Positions 1-9,086 of a stretch of DNA of 52,486 nt are shown here, one piece after another (the first letter of the stretch is position 1; each line of letters begins with the position of its first letter). The notes under the pieces are model-generated. The model had not been told where the DNA came from. It worked only from the letters and a program-made list of their open reading frames with translations, and ran no database searches. Source of the DNA: an uncultured Lachnospiraceae bacterium (GTDB lineage Bacteria; Bacillota; Clostridia; Oscillospirales; CAG-272); NCBI GenBank assembly GCA_964525525.1, contig CAZGHD010000002.1:1-52486 (forward strand). The letters are read 5' to 3'. The position numbers were made by a program, and so were the translations under genes.

Positions 1-2025
1 GTCCGGGCAATCCTCGCCGGTTTCGGGATTAACTATCTTACATTCAACGCCGTAGAATGCACGTCCTACGGTGTTTACTCTTGTCTCAATAGAATCATCG
101 GTAGAGCTCTGGGTACATCCCGGTGCCGCCTCGGTCTGTCCGTATACGATGGTGATCTCTTTCATATTCATCTTTTCGATGACTTCTTCCATTACCTTTA
201 CGGGACAGGGAGAGCCAGCCATAATACCTGTTCTCATATGCGAGAAGTCGGTCTTATCAAAGTCCTCGTGGCCAAGCATCGCGATAAACATAGTCGGAAC
301 GCCGTGGAAACAAGTGATCTTCTCCTGATTGATACAGTGGAGTCCCTTCTTGGGTGAGAACGCGCTGATAGGAGACATGGTTACGCCGTGAGTCATAGAT
401 GCGGTCATCGCAAGAACCATTCCGAAGCAGTGGAACATAGGAACCTGAATCATCATACGGTCAGCGGTAGAGAGATCCATACGGTCTCCGATAGACTTAC
501 CGTCGTTAATTATGTTATAGTGAGTAAGCATAACACCCTTGGGGAAGCCGGTGGTACCCGAGGTGTACTGCATATTGCACACGTCATGCTTGTTTATCAT
601 AGCCGATCTGCGGTAAACTGCGTCAAGCGGAGTCTTTTCCGCCATAGCCATAGCCTCGTCCCACGTCATACAACCGGGCTGCTTTGAATCCACGGTAATA
701 ATGTTTCTCAGGAAAGGCAGCTTTCTCGAATGTATAGGATTACCCGCTTCGTGATCTGCAAGCTCGGGAACAAGCTCCTTAATAATGCCGACGTAATCGG
801 AATCCTTGTATCCGTCGATCATTACAAGTGTATGGGTATCCGACTGGCGGAGAAGATACTCTGCCTCGTGAATCTTATACGCGGTATTCACGGTAACAAG
901 GACCGCGCCGATCTTCACTGACGCCCAGAAAGTAATGAACCAAGCAGGAACGTTGGTCGCCCAAATAGCAACGTGATCGCCCTGCTTTACGCCCATAGAA
1001 ATAAGCGCGCGTGCAAAAGTATCAACGTCGTCGCGGAATTCGGGATAGGTTCTGGTATAATCAAACTCGGTATATCTGAAAGCGTACTGATCGGGAAATT
1101 CTTCGCACATACGGTCAAGCACCTGTGAGAAGGTAAGATCTATAAGATGATCCTGCTCCCATACGTAGTAACCGTCGCCGCGCTTGTTGACCTGAAGCCT
1201 GCCCGCAGCAGATGCGTTACCGAGATACTGTTCCATAAAGTTAGCAAAGTGCGGGAATACGATGCCGGCATCAGAGAGCTCGGGAGCGTACTGCTTGAGC
1301 CACTCAAGAGAGATATATCCCTCGTAGTTAAGAGATCTGAGCGCCTTCATATAATCTGCCATAGCGGGAAGGTCGCCCTCACCGACAAGTTTATAAACGA
1401 CTTTACCGTTTTCTTCAACAGAGTCCTTTATATGAACGTGTTTAATAAATGCGCCGAGATTTTTAATAGTAGTCTCGGGAGATTCGCCGTTAAAACGGTA
1501 AGGATGGTTAAAGTCCCAAAGCGCGCCCACGCTGTCACTGGCGATCTGTGCAAGCACGTCTGCAAGACGCGCGGTGTTCGAATATACACCGTTAGTTTCT
1601 ATAAGGAGCGTTACTCCCGCCTCCTCGGCAATGGGAGCAAGTACCTTCATAGGCTCAATTACGACAGCGTCGTTAAAATCGGTGGTAGGCTCTGCGGTAA
1701 GATCACCGAGAACACGGATGTAAGGAGCGCCGATTTCCTTTGCGAGCGCGATATATTTTTTAAGTTCTTCAATGTTCTCTTCTCTTTTATCGTCAAAGCG
1801 GAGCGCGCATCCCGAAGACAGACAGCAAATCTCAAGCTTGAGCTTTTTAAGCTGTGCCTTGGTCTTCTCAAGATTAGCTTCCGCAAAAGGGGACGCATTG
1901 ACGTCAAAAATGTCGCCTCCGAGACCTCTTATTTCAATTCCGTGGAAGCCGAAATCCTTGGCAAGCGTATAAATATCAGTCCAGGCAAAGTCAGGACAGC
2001 CAAGTGTTGAAAATGAAATTTTCAT
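1..2025 (-). CDS. Fusion protein, C-terminus cut by window edge: xylose-isomerase-like TIM barrel (sugar-phosphate isomerase/epimerase family) fused to an AMP-dependent acyl-CoA synthetase/ligase
   Basis: Absent from the ORF track because it runs off the window. Reverse translation from ATG 2025-2023 (aaaaggag just upstream) stays open to position 1 (675 codons). N-terminus MKISFSTLGCPDFAWTDIYTLAKDFGFHGIEIRG...LLIETNG is TIM-barrel-like. From about aa 300, LTFSQVLDRMCEEFPDQYAF...MQYTSGTTGFPKGVMLTH (AMP-binding signature, coded near 540-600)...VYGQTE. The + ORF 1147..2010 is its shadow. Confidence 0.8.
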   Translation of the reverse strand, partial: MKISFSTLGCPDFAWTDIYTLAKDFGFHGIEIRGLGGDIFDVNASPFAEANLEKTKAQLKKLKLEICCLSSGCALRFDDKREENIEELKKYIALAKEIGAPYIRVLGDLTAEPTTDFNDAVVIEPMKVLAPIAEEAGVTLLIETNGVYSNTARLADVLAQIASDSVGALWDFNHPYRFNGESPETTIKNLGAFIKHVHIKDSVEENGKVVYKLVGEGDLPAMADYMKALRSLNYEGYISLEWLKQYAPELSDAGIVFPHFANFMEQYLGNASAAGRLQVNKRGDGYYVWEQDHLIDLTFSQVLDRMCEEFPDQYAFRYTEFDYTRTYPEFRDDVDTFARALISMGVKQGDHVAIWATNVPAWFITFWASVKIGAVLVTVNTAYKIHEAEYLLRQSDTHTLVMIDGYKDSDYVGIIKELVPELADHEAGNPIHSRKLPFLRNIITVDSKQPGCMTWDEAMAMAEKTPLDAVYRRSAMINKHDVCNMQYTSGTTGFPKGVMLTHYNIINDGKSIGDRMDLSTADRMMIQVPMFHCFGMVLAMTASMTHGVTMSPISAFSPKKGLHCINQEKITCFHGVPTMFIAMLGHEDFDKTDFSHMRTGIMAGSPCPVKVMEEVIEKMNMKEITIVYGQTEAAPGCTQSSTDDSIETRVNTVGRAFYGVECKIVNPETGEDCPD

Positions 2026-2065
2026 TTTTGTTCTCCTTTTAAATGTTTGATTTTTCGGGAGAGAG

Positions 2066-2330
2066 CATAAAAAAACCGCCCCGCCCCTCTGAAAACAAGA
2101 GACGAAAGCGTAAACCCCTTCCGCGGTACCACTCTAATTGCCGCTCACGCGGCCACTTTAAGCATCGTTAAATGCCGTCCTCTGTAACGGGAAGTCCCGT
2201 CCGTGCCTATGAATACCGAAAACACGGCAATTTGAGCACGGCCGCTCTGCGGAGAGTAGGAAGAAAACCGACGCGCCGTTTCACACCAACCAACGGCTCT
2301 CTGAAGCTGTCATCATTCAATTCCGCGCCG
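2066..2330 (-). promoter_or_regulatory. T-box riboswitch leader (tRNA-sensing transcription attenuator) upstream of the fusion gene
   Basis: The minus-strand read contains AATGATGA (K-turn-like), AGAGAG, GGTTGGTGTGAAA (distal loop GNUGNRA), F-box CCGTTACA and the T-box sequence CAATTAGAGTGGTACCGCGG (plus 2121-2140, one mismatch to AAUUAGGGUGGUACCGCG). A GC-rich stem and a T7 run (plus 2069-2075) follow, ahead of the RBS. Confidence 0.75.
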
Positions 2331-2367
2331 CTTCACAGCGTTTGAATCAAAAAAACAAATTTTTATT

Positions 2368-2396
2368 ATTTTATCACAACTCGCCCGATTTGTCAA
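2368..2396 (-). promoter_or_regulatory. Sigma-A-type promoter for the T-box leader
   Basis: Minus strand reads TTGACA (2396-2391), a 17-nt spacer, then TGaTAAAAT (extended -10; -10 hexamer at 2373-2368). Confidence 0.6.
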
Positions 2397-2451
2397 TAGT
2401 TTAAGCGAAAATATTTTCCCGTTCAGAGCGTAAAAATTTTGTGTGTTTCCC

Positions 2452-2480
2452 TTGAATTGTACCTTAAACTATGATAGAAT
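2452..2480 (+). promoter_or_regulatory. Sigma-A-type promoter for the glycyl-radical operon
   Basis: TTGAAT (2452-2457), a 17-nt spacer, then TGaTAGAAT (-10 hexamer at 2475-2480), about 36 nt before the ATG at 2517. Confidence 0.55.
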
Positions 2481-2516
2481 TACATAAAAAAGACGGTCAG
2501 CTTTTACGGAGGTTTT

Positions 2517-3413
2517 ATGCTCGGTACTGTATTCAATATTCAACGTTTTTCCCTGTTTGACGGACCGGGTGTGAGAACCGTGGTTTTTCTCAAGGGTTGC
2601 CCCTTACGATGTATCTGGTGCCACAATCCCGAGGGACTTGAAAAAGCGCCCCAGATAATGTACGATCCCACAAGATGTATCGGATGCGGAGAGTGCGCGG
2701 CGGTATGTTCAAAATCTCACGTTATCCGCGACGGCATGCACGGATATGACCGCTCGGTCTGCATCTCCTGCGGAGAATGTACGTCCGCCTGCCCGACCGG
2801 TACTCTTTCGGTCGCGGGAAAATCAATGTCAGTTGACGAGGTTATGGCAGAGGTCATGCGTGACGAAAGTCTATACCGTGAAAGCGGAGGCGGCATTACT
2901 TTGTCCGGCGGCGAACCGCTTTACCAAGGAGAATTTTCCGTTTCGCTGTTAAAATCGGCAAAAGAAAAAGGAATAAGCACCTGCATTGAGACCAGCGGAT
3001 ACGCTTCGCAGGACATCATATCCGAAGTATCAAAGTACACCGACAGCTTCTATTACGATTACAAAGCAACAGGCGACGAAGAACACCGCCGCCTTTGCGG
3101 AGTGCCGCAGACGGTGATACTTAAAAACCTTTCTCTGCTTGACTCGCTCGGCGCAAACGTTACCCTGCGCTGTCCGATAGTTCCGGGACAGAATCAGACT
3201 CCCGAACACATAGCGGGCATTGCGCGCACCGCCGCAGAGCACACGTCGGTCAAGGCGATTCACCTTGAGCCCTTCCACCGTCTCGGTAAATCCAAGGCGG
3301 AAAAGCTCGGTCAGACCGAAGCGTTTGACACCGAGGTTCCAAACCGCGATCAGCTTCTCCGCTATTGCGAAGAGATCAAAGCCGCTTGCGGAAAAGAATG
3401 TATAATAAGCTAA
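2517..3413 (+). CDS. Glycyl-radical enzyme activating protein (radical SAM, PflA family with an extra ferredoxin-like insert)
   Basis: FNIQRFSLFDGPGVRTVVFLKGCPLRCIWCHNPE (CX3CX2C radical-SAM cluster). Two CxxCxxCxxxC motifs (CIGCGECAAVC, CISCGECTSAC). GGAGG RBS. Sits directly upstream of the GRE genes. Confidence 0.92.
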   Translation: MLGTVFNIQRFSLFDGPGVRTVVFLKGCPLRCIWCHNPEGLEKAPQIMYDPTRCIGCGECAAVCSKSHVIRDGMHGYDRSVCISCGECTSACPTGTLSVAGKSMSVDEVMAEVMRDESLYRESGGGITLSGGEPLYQGEFSVSLLKSAKEKGISTCIETSGYASQDIISEVSKYTDSFYYDYKATGDEEHRRLCGVPQTVILKNLSLLDSLGANVTLRCPIVPGQNQTPEHIAGIARTAAEHTSVKAIHLEPFHRLGKSKAEKLGQTEAFDTEVPNRDQLLRYCEEIKAACGKECIIS

Positions 3414-3441
3414 TAACTCGTATTCAGGAGGTATTTATATA

Positions 3442-5766
3442 ATGAAAAACTACAAAAGTACAGATGAAAAGCTCGTTTTTACCGAGCGTATACAGAAAAC
3501 TTATGAGGAAGTTCTTCCGAGACTCAAGAAAAACCGCCACCGTGAAGATACACGCACAAGCCCCGTCGATACTCAGGGACTTGATCCATTTACCGAAGTA
3601 TTTCTTGAGATGCCCGACGCACCTCACGTTATAGCTCACGCGACCGCTATCGTCCGCTCTTGGATGGTAACGCCCAAAATGATATTCAAAAACGAAGCAA
3701 TCGTCGGAATCACCCGCCCGAACTATCCGATAAGGGAGCATTTTTCATGGGGTATTTGCAACTCCGGACATATCGTTAGAAATCACGAAGAATACGGTAT
3801 CACAGAAGAAGAGGCAATAGCTATTGAAAAGCGTATGGTTCCGCTTGGCGGAGAGCACCAGGGAGACGTAGGCGATACAATATTCGGCAAAGACGGTCAC
3901 AGAGCAACTTGGGACGACGGTCTTTTCAGCGCAGGCGGTTATCAGGGGCACACCGTTCCCAACTACGTTACCCTTCTCACAAACGGTCTTGACGGAATGC
4001 TCGAAAAGATAGACAAATATGCCGCTATTAATACTAAAGACGAAGAAACCGAAGCGTTTTACGAGTCTGCCCGCATAATCGTGCGCGGTATGTCCTCCTG
4101 GCTTGAATCTTACGCTGACGAAGCCCGCCGCCTTGCCGCAGAGGAGTCTGACACAGAGCAGAAAAAGTTCTACGAGCAGATCGCCGAAAACTGCGATTTC
4201 GTAGCTCACAAAAAGCCGGTAACTCTCTATCAGGCAGTTCAGCTCACCTGGGCACTCAGCCTTTGGGACTGGGTAGACTGTATAGGACGTACAGACCAGT
4301 ATCTCCTTCCCTACTACGAATATTCTGTCAAAAACGGTGACGTGATTTCCGTTGAGGAATCCATATCCTCTCTTATCCTCAAGGTTTGGGAAAACGGTTC
4401 TCACAACATCACCATAGCAGGTGTTAAGCCGCAGGACGGTTCTGACGCGGCAAACGATATTACGTACCTTATTCTTCAGTCGATACGCACCCTGCACGAC
4501 ACTCACCCCAGAGTATCGGTTCGTATCCACAAGGACACTCCGAGCGAGCTTATGGATCTTGTCACCAAAATTTGGTCGGAGGGTATGTCCGACCCGACCG
4601 TTGTCAGCGACGAGAACGTAGTTCCCGCACTTATGAGAATCGGCGTGCCGATAGAGGACGCGCGTGATTATACTATGCTCGGCTGTCAGGAGATAGAGAT
4701 TCCCGGCAAGAGCAATTTCGGCTGCGAGGACGGCGTATTTAACGTCGTACGCGTGCTTGAATATGCTATGCATGGCGGTAAATGCACCAATCTTGATCTT
4801 ATAATCGGCGGCGAGAACGCGCCTAAGGTAAAATATTTCACCGAGTACGAAACCTTTGAGGAGCTTTACGACGCATTTGCAAGACTGCTTGCATACTACA
4901 CAGAGCATTTCATCACCCTTTGTAACAAAGGTCAGGAAATGCGCGGCGCAAACTTTGCAAAGCTGGTCAAAGGCGTATTCACCGACGGATGCCTTGAAAG
5001 AGGTATTCCTCACGACTGCGGAGGCCCTCTTTACAACTTCGGCGTTGTTGAAACTGCTGGTATCGCCGCTACGTCAGACTCCCTCGTAGCTATCAAGAAG
5101 CTCGTATTTGACGAGAAGAAAATATCCAAAGAAACCCTTATGGCAGCGCTTGACGCAAACTTCGAGGGATACGAAAAAGAACGCCAGATGCTTCTCAATA
5201 TGGCTCCCAAGTTCGGTAACGATAACGACGAAGCTGACGAAATGGCAGTTAGGGTTCTCAATCAGTTCTGGGATGAAATTGCGAAGTATAAATCCGTCCG
5301 CGGCGACGTATTTACCGGCGCATGTTCCCTTCTTGAGGGCGGCATAGGTTACGGTCATTCAACCGGCGCGCTTCCCGACGGCAGATTCAAGGGTGAGCCG
5401 CTCGGCAATACAATGGGGCCCCGTCCCGGCGCTGATAAGAGCGGCGTTACCGCGCTTCTCAAATCGGTAGCTAAGCTTCCGCTTGAAAAGGGTGTCGGCG
5501 GTACTACTCTTAACGTGGTACTCACACAAAAGCTCCTTTCCACTCCCGAGCTTCGCGAAAGCATAGGAGCTACGATGAAAGACTATCTTATGACCGGCGG
5601 ACAGATGGCGCAGATCACCACCGCTAATCTCGAAGATCTTATAGACGCGCAGGCTCACCCCGAGCGCCACGGTAACCTTATAGTCAGAATCGGCGGATTC
5701 AGCATTCAGTTCGTTCAGCTCGGTAAAACCGCGCAGAACGAAATAATCAGCCGTTACAGCGCATAA
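3442..5766 (+). CDS. Glycyl-radical enzyme (PFL-fold, eliminase/dehydratase-like Cys-x-Glu loop), copy 1; substrate unknown
   Basis: 774 aa. C-terminal glycyl-radical motif LIVRIGGFSIQFVQL. Thiyl loop MLGCQEIEIPGKSNFGCEDG. Follows the activase. Confidence 0.9.
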   Translation: MKNYKSTDEKLVFTERIQKTYEEVLPRLKKNRHREDTRTSPVDTQGLDPFTEVFLEMPDAPHVIAHATAIVRSWMVTPKMIFKNEAIVGITRPNYPIREHFSWGICNSGHIVRNHEEYGITEEEAIAIEKRMVPLGGEHQGDVGDTIFGKDGHRATWDDGLFSAGGYQGHTVPNYVTLLTNGLDGMLEKIDKYAAINTKDEETEAFYESARIIVRGMSSWLESYADEARRLAAEESDTEQKKFYEQIAENCDFVAHKKPVTLYQAVQLTWALSLWDWVDCIGRTDQYLLPYYEYSVKNGDVISVEESISSLILKVWENGSHNITIAGVKPQDGSDAANDITYLILQSIRTLHDTHPRVSVRIHKDTPSELMDLVTKIWSEGMSDPTVVSDENVVPALMRIGVPIEDARDYTMLGCQEIEIPGKSNFGCEDGVFNVVRVLEYAMHGGKCTNLDLIIGGENAPKVKYFTEYETFEELYDAFARLLAYYTEHFITLCNKGQEMRGANFAKLVKGVFTDGCLERGIPHDCGGPLYNFGVVETAGIAATSDSLVAIKKLVFDEKKISKETLMAALDANFEGYEKERQMLLNMAPKFGNDNDEADEMAVRVLNQFWDEIAKYKSVRGDVFTGACSLLEGGIGYGHSTGALPDGRFKGEPLGNTMGPRPGADKSGVTALLKSVAKLPLEKGVGGTTLNVVLTQKLLSTPELRESIGATMKDYLMTGGQMAQITTANLEDLIDAQAHPERHGNLIVRIGGFSIQFVQLGKTAQNEIISRYSA

Positions 5767-5783
5767 AAAAACAGGAGATCATA

Positions 5784-8099
5784 ATGACAAACTACAAGCT
5801 CACCGAACAAAAGCTCGTCTTTTCCGACAGAATAGAAAAAACGTACAAAGAAGTCCTTCCCCGCCTTTTCCCTAACCGTGCGCGCGAAAGCACTCTCGTA
5901 AGTCCCGCGCCGAGAGGCGACCGCGACCCGTTCCGCGAAGCGTTTGAAGCAAATCCCGACGCGCCCTACGTTATCGCGTACGCAAACGGAATCGTTAATT
6001 CTTGGATGATCACACCTAAAATGATCTTCAAAAACGAGGCGATAGTCGGTATCACCCGTCCCGCATATCCTTGCTACGAGCATTTTTCATGGGGTATTCA
6101 AGGTGCGTACCAGTACAGAGATAATCCCGAAAAATTCAGTATGACACGCGAAGAAGGTCAGAAAATGTACGACCGCATGCTTCCGCTCGATCAGCTCCAT
6201 TTTGACGACGCAGCAAACGAACTTTACGGTAAGGATTTCTTCTGGCACGTCGTAATGGACGGCGTATACAGCGCAGGCGGTTTTCAGGGACATACAGTAC
6301 CAAACTACTTTACCCTGCTCGAAAAGGGTCTTGACGGAATGCTCGAGAAGATCGACAAGTACGCCGCTATCAATGCAAAAGATAAAGAAACCGAAGATTT
6401 TTACGAGGCCAACCGCATAATCGTGCGCGGTATGTCATCCTGGCTTGAAGCGTACGCAGACGAGGCTCGCCGCCTTGCCGCCGAGGAGTCGGACTCGGAA
6501 CAGAAAAAGTTCTACGAACAGATCGCAGACAACTGCACCTTCGTTGCTCACAAAAAGCCGGAGACCCTCTATCAGGCAGTTCAGCTCACTTGGACGCTCA
6601 GCCTTTGGGACTGGGTAGACTGCATTGGACGCACCGATCAGTATCTCTATCCCTTCTACCAAAAAGCAGTAAAGGACGGTGACGTCATTTCTCCCGAGGA
6701 TTCCATCGTTTCGCTTATCCTCAAGGTTTGGGAGAACGGCTCTCACAATATAACTATCGCGGGTGTAAAGCCGGAGAACGGATCTGACGCTTCAAACGAG
6801 CTTACATATCTCATCCTTCAAACCATACGCACCCTTCACGATACGCATCCCCGCGTGTCCGTCCGTATACACAAAGACACTCCGAGCGAGCTGATGAATC
6901 TGGTAACGCAGATCTGGTCGGAGGGTATGTCCGACCCGACGGTCGTAAGTGATGAAAACGTCATTCCCGGTCTTATGAAGATCGGCGTGCCGATAGAAGA
7001 CGCTCGTTCTTACTCTATGCTCGGATGTCAGGAGATAGAGATTCCCGGCAAGAGCAATTTCGGCTGTGAGGACGGTGTGTTCAATCTCACACGTCTGCTT
7101 GAGTACGCTCTTCACGCCGGAAAATGTACAAACTACGACTTCGTTATGCCCGAGCCTGCTATTCCGAATTTCGTTGATTTTGAGACTTTTGAGGACTTCT
7201 ATTCCGCATTTGAGTCTCTCGTCAAATATCACACAAAGAGATTTACCTATCTCTGCGACAGAGGTCAGGAGATCCGCGGCGCAAACCACGCAAAGCTGGT
7301 CAAAGGAGTATTCACCGACGGCTGTCTTGAAAAAGGCAAACCTCACGACGCGGGAGGTCCGATTTACAACTACGGCGTAGTTGAAACCGCGGGACTCGCG
7401 GCAGTTGCAGACTCGCTTACCGCTATCAAAAAGCTGGTATTCGACGAGAAGAAGATTTCTAAGGAAACTCTTATCGCCGCGCTTGATGCAAACTTCGAAG
7501 GTTACGAAAAAGAGCGCCAGATGCTCCTTAATATGGCTCCCAAGTTCGGTAACGACAACGACGAGGCAGACGCTATGGCAGTCCGCGTTCTCGATATGTT
7601 CTGGAGTGAGATCTCTAAATACAAGTCTGTTCGCGGCGACGTTTACACCGGCGCTTGTTCACTGCTTGAGGGTGGTATTTTCTTCGGAAGTAAAACAGGC
7701 GCGCTTCCCGACGGCAGATTCAAAGGCGAGCCTCTCGGAAACACCATCGGCCCCCGTCCCGGAGCTGATAAGAGCGGCGTTACCGCTATGCTCCGCTCGG
7801 TTGCAAAACTTCCGCTTGACAAAGGTGTCGGCGGTACCACTCTTAACGTGGTACTAACTCAAAAGTTACTTTCCACTCCCGAGCTTCGCGAGAATATAGG
7901 AGCTACTATGAAAGACTATCTTTCCACCGGCGGACAGATGGCTCAAATCACCACCGCTAATCTCGAAGACCTTATAGACGCGCAGGCTCACCCCGAGCGC
8001 CACGGTAACCTTATAGTCAGAATCGGCGGATTCAGTATTCAGTTCGTTCAACTCGCTAAGTATGCACAGGACGAAATAATCAGCCGTTACAGTGCGTAA
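5784..8099 (+). CDS. Glycyl-radical enzyme, copy 2 (tandem paralog of 3442..5766)
   Basis: 771 aa, collinear with copy 1 over its full length. Same RIGGFSIQFVQL and LGCQEIEIPG motifs. 17-nt spacer with GGAG RBS. Confidence 0.9.
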   Translation: MTNYKLTEQKLVFSDRIEKTYKEVLPRLFPNRARESTLVSPAPRGDRDPFREAFEANPDAPYVIAYANGIVNSWMITPKMIFKNEAIVGITRPAYPCYEHFSWGIQGAYQYRDNPEKFSMTREEGQKMYDRMLPLDQLHFDDAANELYGKDFFWHVVMDGVYSAGGFQGHTVPNYFTLLEKGLDGMLEKIDKYAAINAKDKETEDFYEANRIIVRGMSSWLEAYADEARRLAAEESDSEQKKFYEQIADNCTFVAHKKPETLYQAVQLTWTLSLWDWVDCIGRTDQYLYPFYQKAVKDGDVISPEDSIVSLILKVWENGSHNITIAGVKPENGSDASNELTYLILQTIRTLHDTHPRVSVRIHKDTPSELMNLVTQIWSEGMSDPTVVSDENVIPGLMKIGVPIEDARSYSMLGCQEIEIPGKSNFGCEDGVFNLTRLLEYALHAGKCTNYDFVMPEPAIPNFVDFETFEDFYSAFESLVKYHTKRFTYLCDRGQEIRGANHAKLVKGVFTDGCLEKGKPHDAGGPIYNYGVVETAGLAAVADSLTAIKKLVFDEKKISKETLIAALDANFEGYEKERQMLLNMAPKFGNDNDEADAMAVRVLDMFWSEISKYKSVRGDVYTGACSLLEGGIFFGSKTGALPDGRFKGEPLGNTIGPRPGADKSGVTAMLRSVAKLPLDKGVGGTTLNVVLTQKLLSTPELRENIGATMKDYLSTGGQMAQITTANLEDLIDAQAHPERHGNLIVRIGGFSIQFVQLAKYAQDEIISRYSA

Positions 8100-8106
8100 A
8101 TAAATT

Positions 8107-8146
8107 AAGATCCGTTATTCCACCGGAATAACGGATCTTCTTTTTT
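8107..8146 (+). terminator. Rho-independent terminator of the GRE operon
   Basis: Perfect 15-bp stem AAGATCCGTTATTCC / GGAATAACGGATCTT (8107-8121, 8125-8139) followed by cTTTTTT. Confidence 0.85.
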
Positions 8147-8150
8147 AACG

Positions 8151-9086
8151 TTAATATTGTGTAAGTAAATCAAAAACCGCCTCAAGATTATCTTCCGAAT
8201 ATTCGATCTCCGAGGAGAAAAGGCGGGCGATTTCAACTTGATCGTCAAAATCGAATTTTCCGAGCTCCGTCCACGTCACCGAACCTACCCAAAAGATTAT
8301 CTTATACGCAAGTGCCGCAAACGCGGCACGCACGGCGGCATCTTCCCTGTCGTATGCTTTGGCAAAATGGCGGTAGATAAAATAGACAAGCAGCTGTTCG
8401 TACTCGGTCTGCCGTTCTGCCATGTGTGCGGAAAATCCGTCGGTGTCAGCGTTTTTAGCACCAAGCTTCAACTTGTTTAAAATGTCAGTCCAACTTTCGT
8501 CAAGTCGTTCAAGCGCAAGGAGCTCTTCAGCCCACTCTTCAACACTCAAAAAAGGCAATTCGGCAGAGCAAAGCTCGAGCATTCTGTCTATCCGATACGG
8601 GATAGAATGATTTCTGTCCTGAAGAATTGAAATCACCTCATCGCGAAGCTGTATGATCTCGTCCTCACACTCAAGGTCACCGTCGGCGCAAAGTACCGTC
8701 GGTGTTTTTTTACCGAGAATAAGCTCCGCCGCCGCTTCACAGCAAAGTCCCAGTCCCGTTTCCACGCGCCCGGGAAGTTCACAGCGGAAGCGCGGGTGAT
8801 CGGTGCATATTCCGCATATATGCTCCTCGCCTAAAGTCAGAATTATCTCGCAAAGATTGCATTCGTTGAGAAACGGACAGCGCTCGCCATCTGTCAAAAT
8901 GAAATGCGGAGTATCCTCATTTGATATGCACCGTCTGAGTTTATATCCTATCTCACCCGGGACAAAGCGGTAAAACTCCGCAGTCTCGGGATCAATGTCG
9001 ATCTCCCAGCCGATACAACAGCTATGACGGCACGCGCCGGCAATACACTTAAAGTCCTTATAGTAGTCGGGATAAACGTACAACAC
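8151..9086 (-). CDS. Cys-rich FliB-family (flagellin lysine-N-methylase-like) protein
   Basis: N-terminal YYKDFKCIAGACRHSCCIGWEIDID plus further Cys pairs (CPFLNECNLCEI, ICGICTDHP) match the FliB-type Cys-cluster pattern as I remember it. GTG start abuts the upstream gene's stop. Confidence 0.45.
   Translation of the reverse strand: MLYVYPDYYKDFKCIAGACRHSCCIGWEIDIDPETAEFYRFVPGEIGYKLRRCISNEDTPHFILTDGERCPFLNECNLCEIILTLGEEHICGICTDHPRFRCELPGRVETGLGLCCEAAAELILGKKTPTVLCADGDLECEDEIIQLRDEVISILQDRNHSIPYRIDRMLELCSAELPFLSVEEWAEELLALERLDESWTDILNKLKLGAKNADTDGFSAHMAERQTEYEQLLVYFIYRHFAKAYDREDAAVRAAFAALAYKIIFWVGSVTWTELGKFDFDDQVEIARLFSSEIEYSEDNLEAVFDLLTQY

Noticed and set aside
1147-2010. 287-aa + strand ORF, and nested ORFs 1659..1907 and 1772..1972
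   Set aside because: They are antisense to the strongly supported minus-strand TIM-barrel/AMP-ligase ORF. No RBS is present and the composition is junk-like (R/K/L/F-rich), so they are shadow ORFs.
3745-5013. 422-aa minus-strand ORF inside GRE copy 1, and similar ORFs 5754..6083 and 6792..7346 inside or next to copy 2
   Set aside because: They are antisense shadows of genes with unmistakable glycyl-radical motifs and show no family features.
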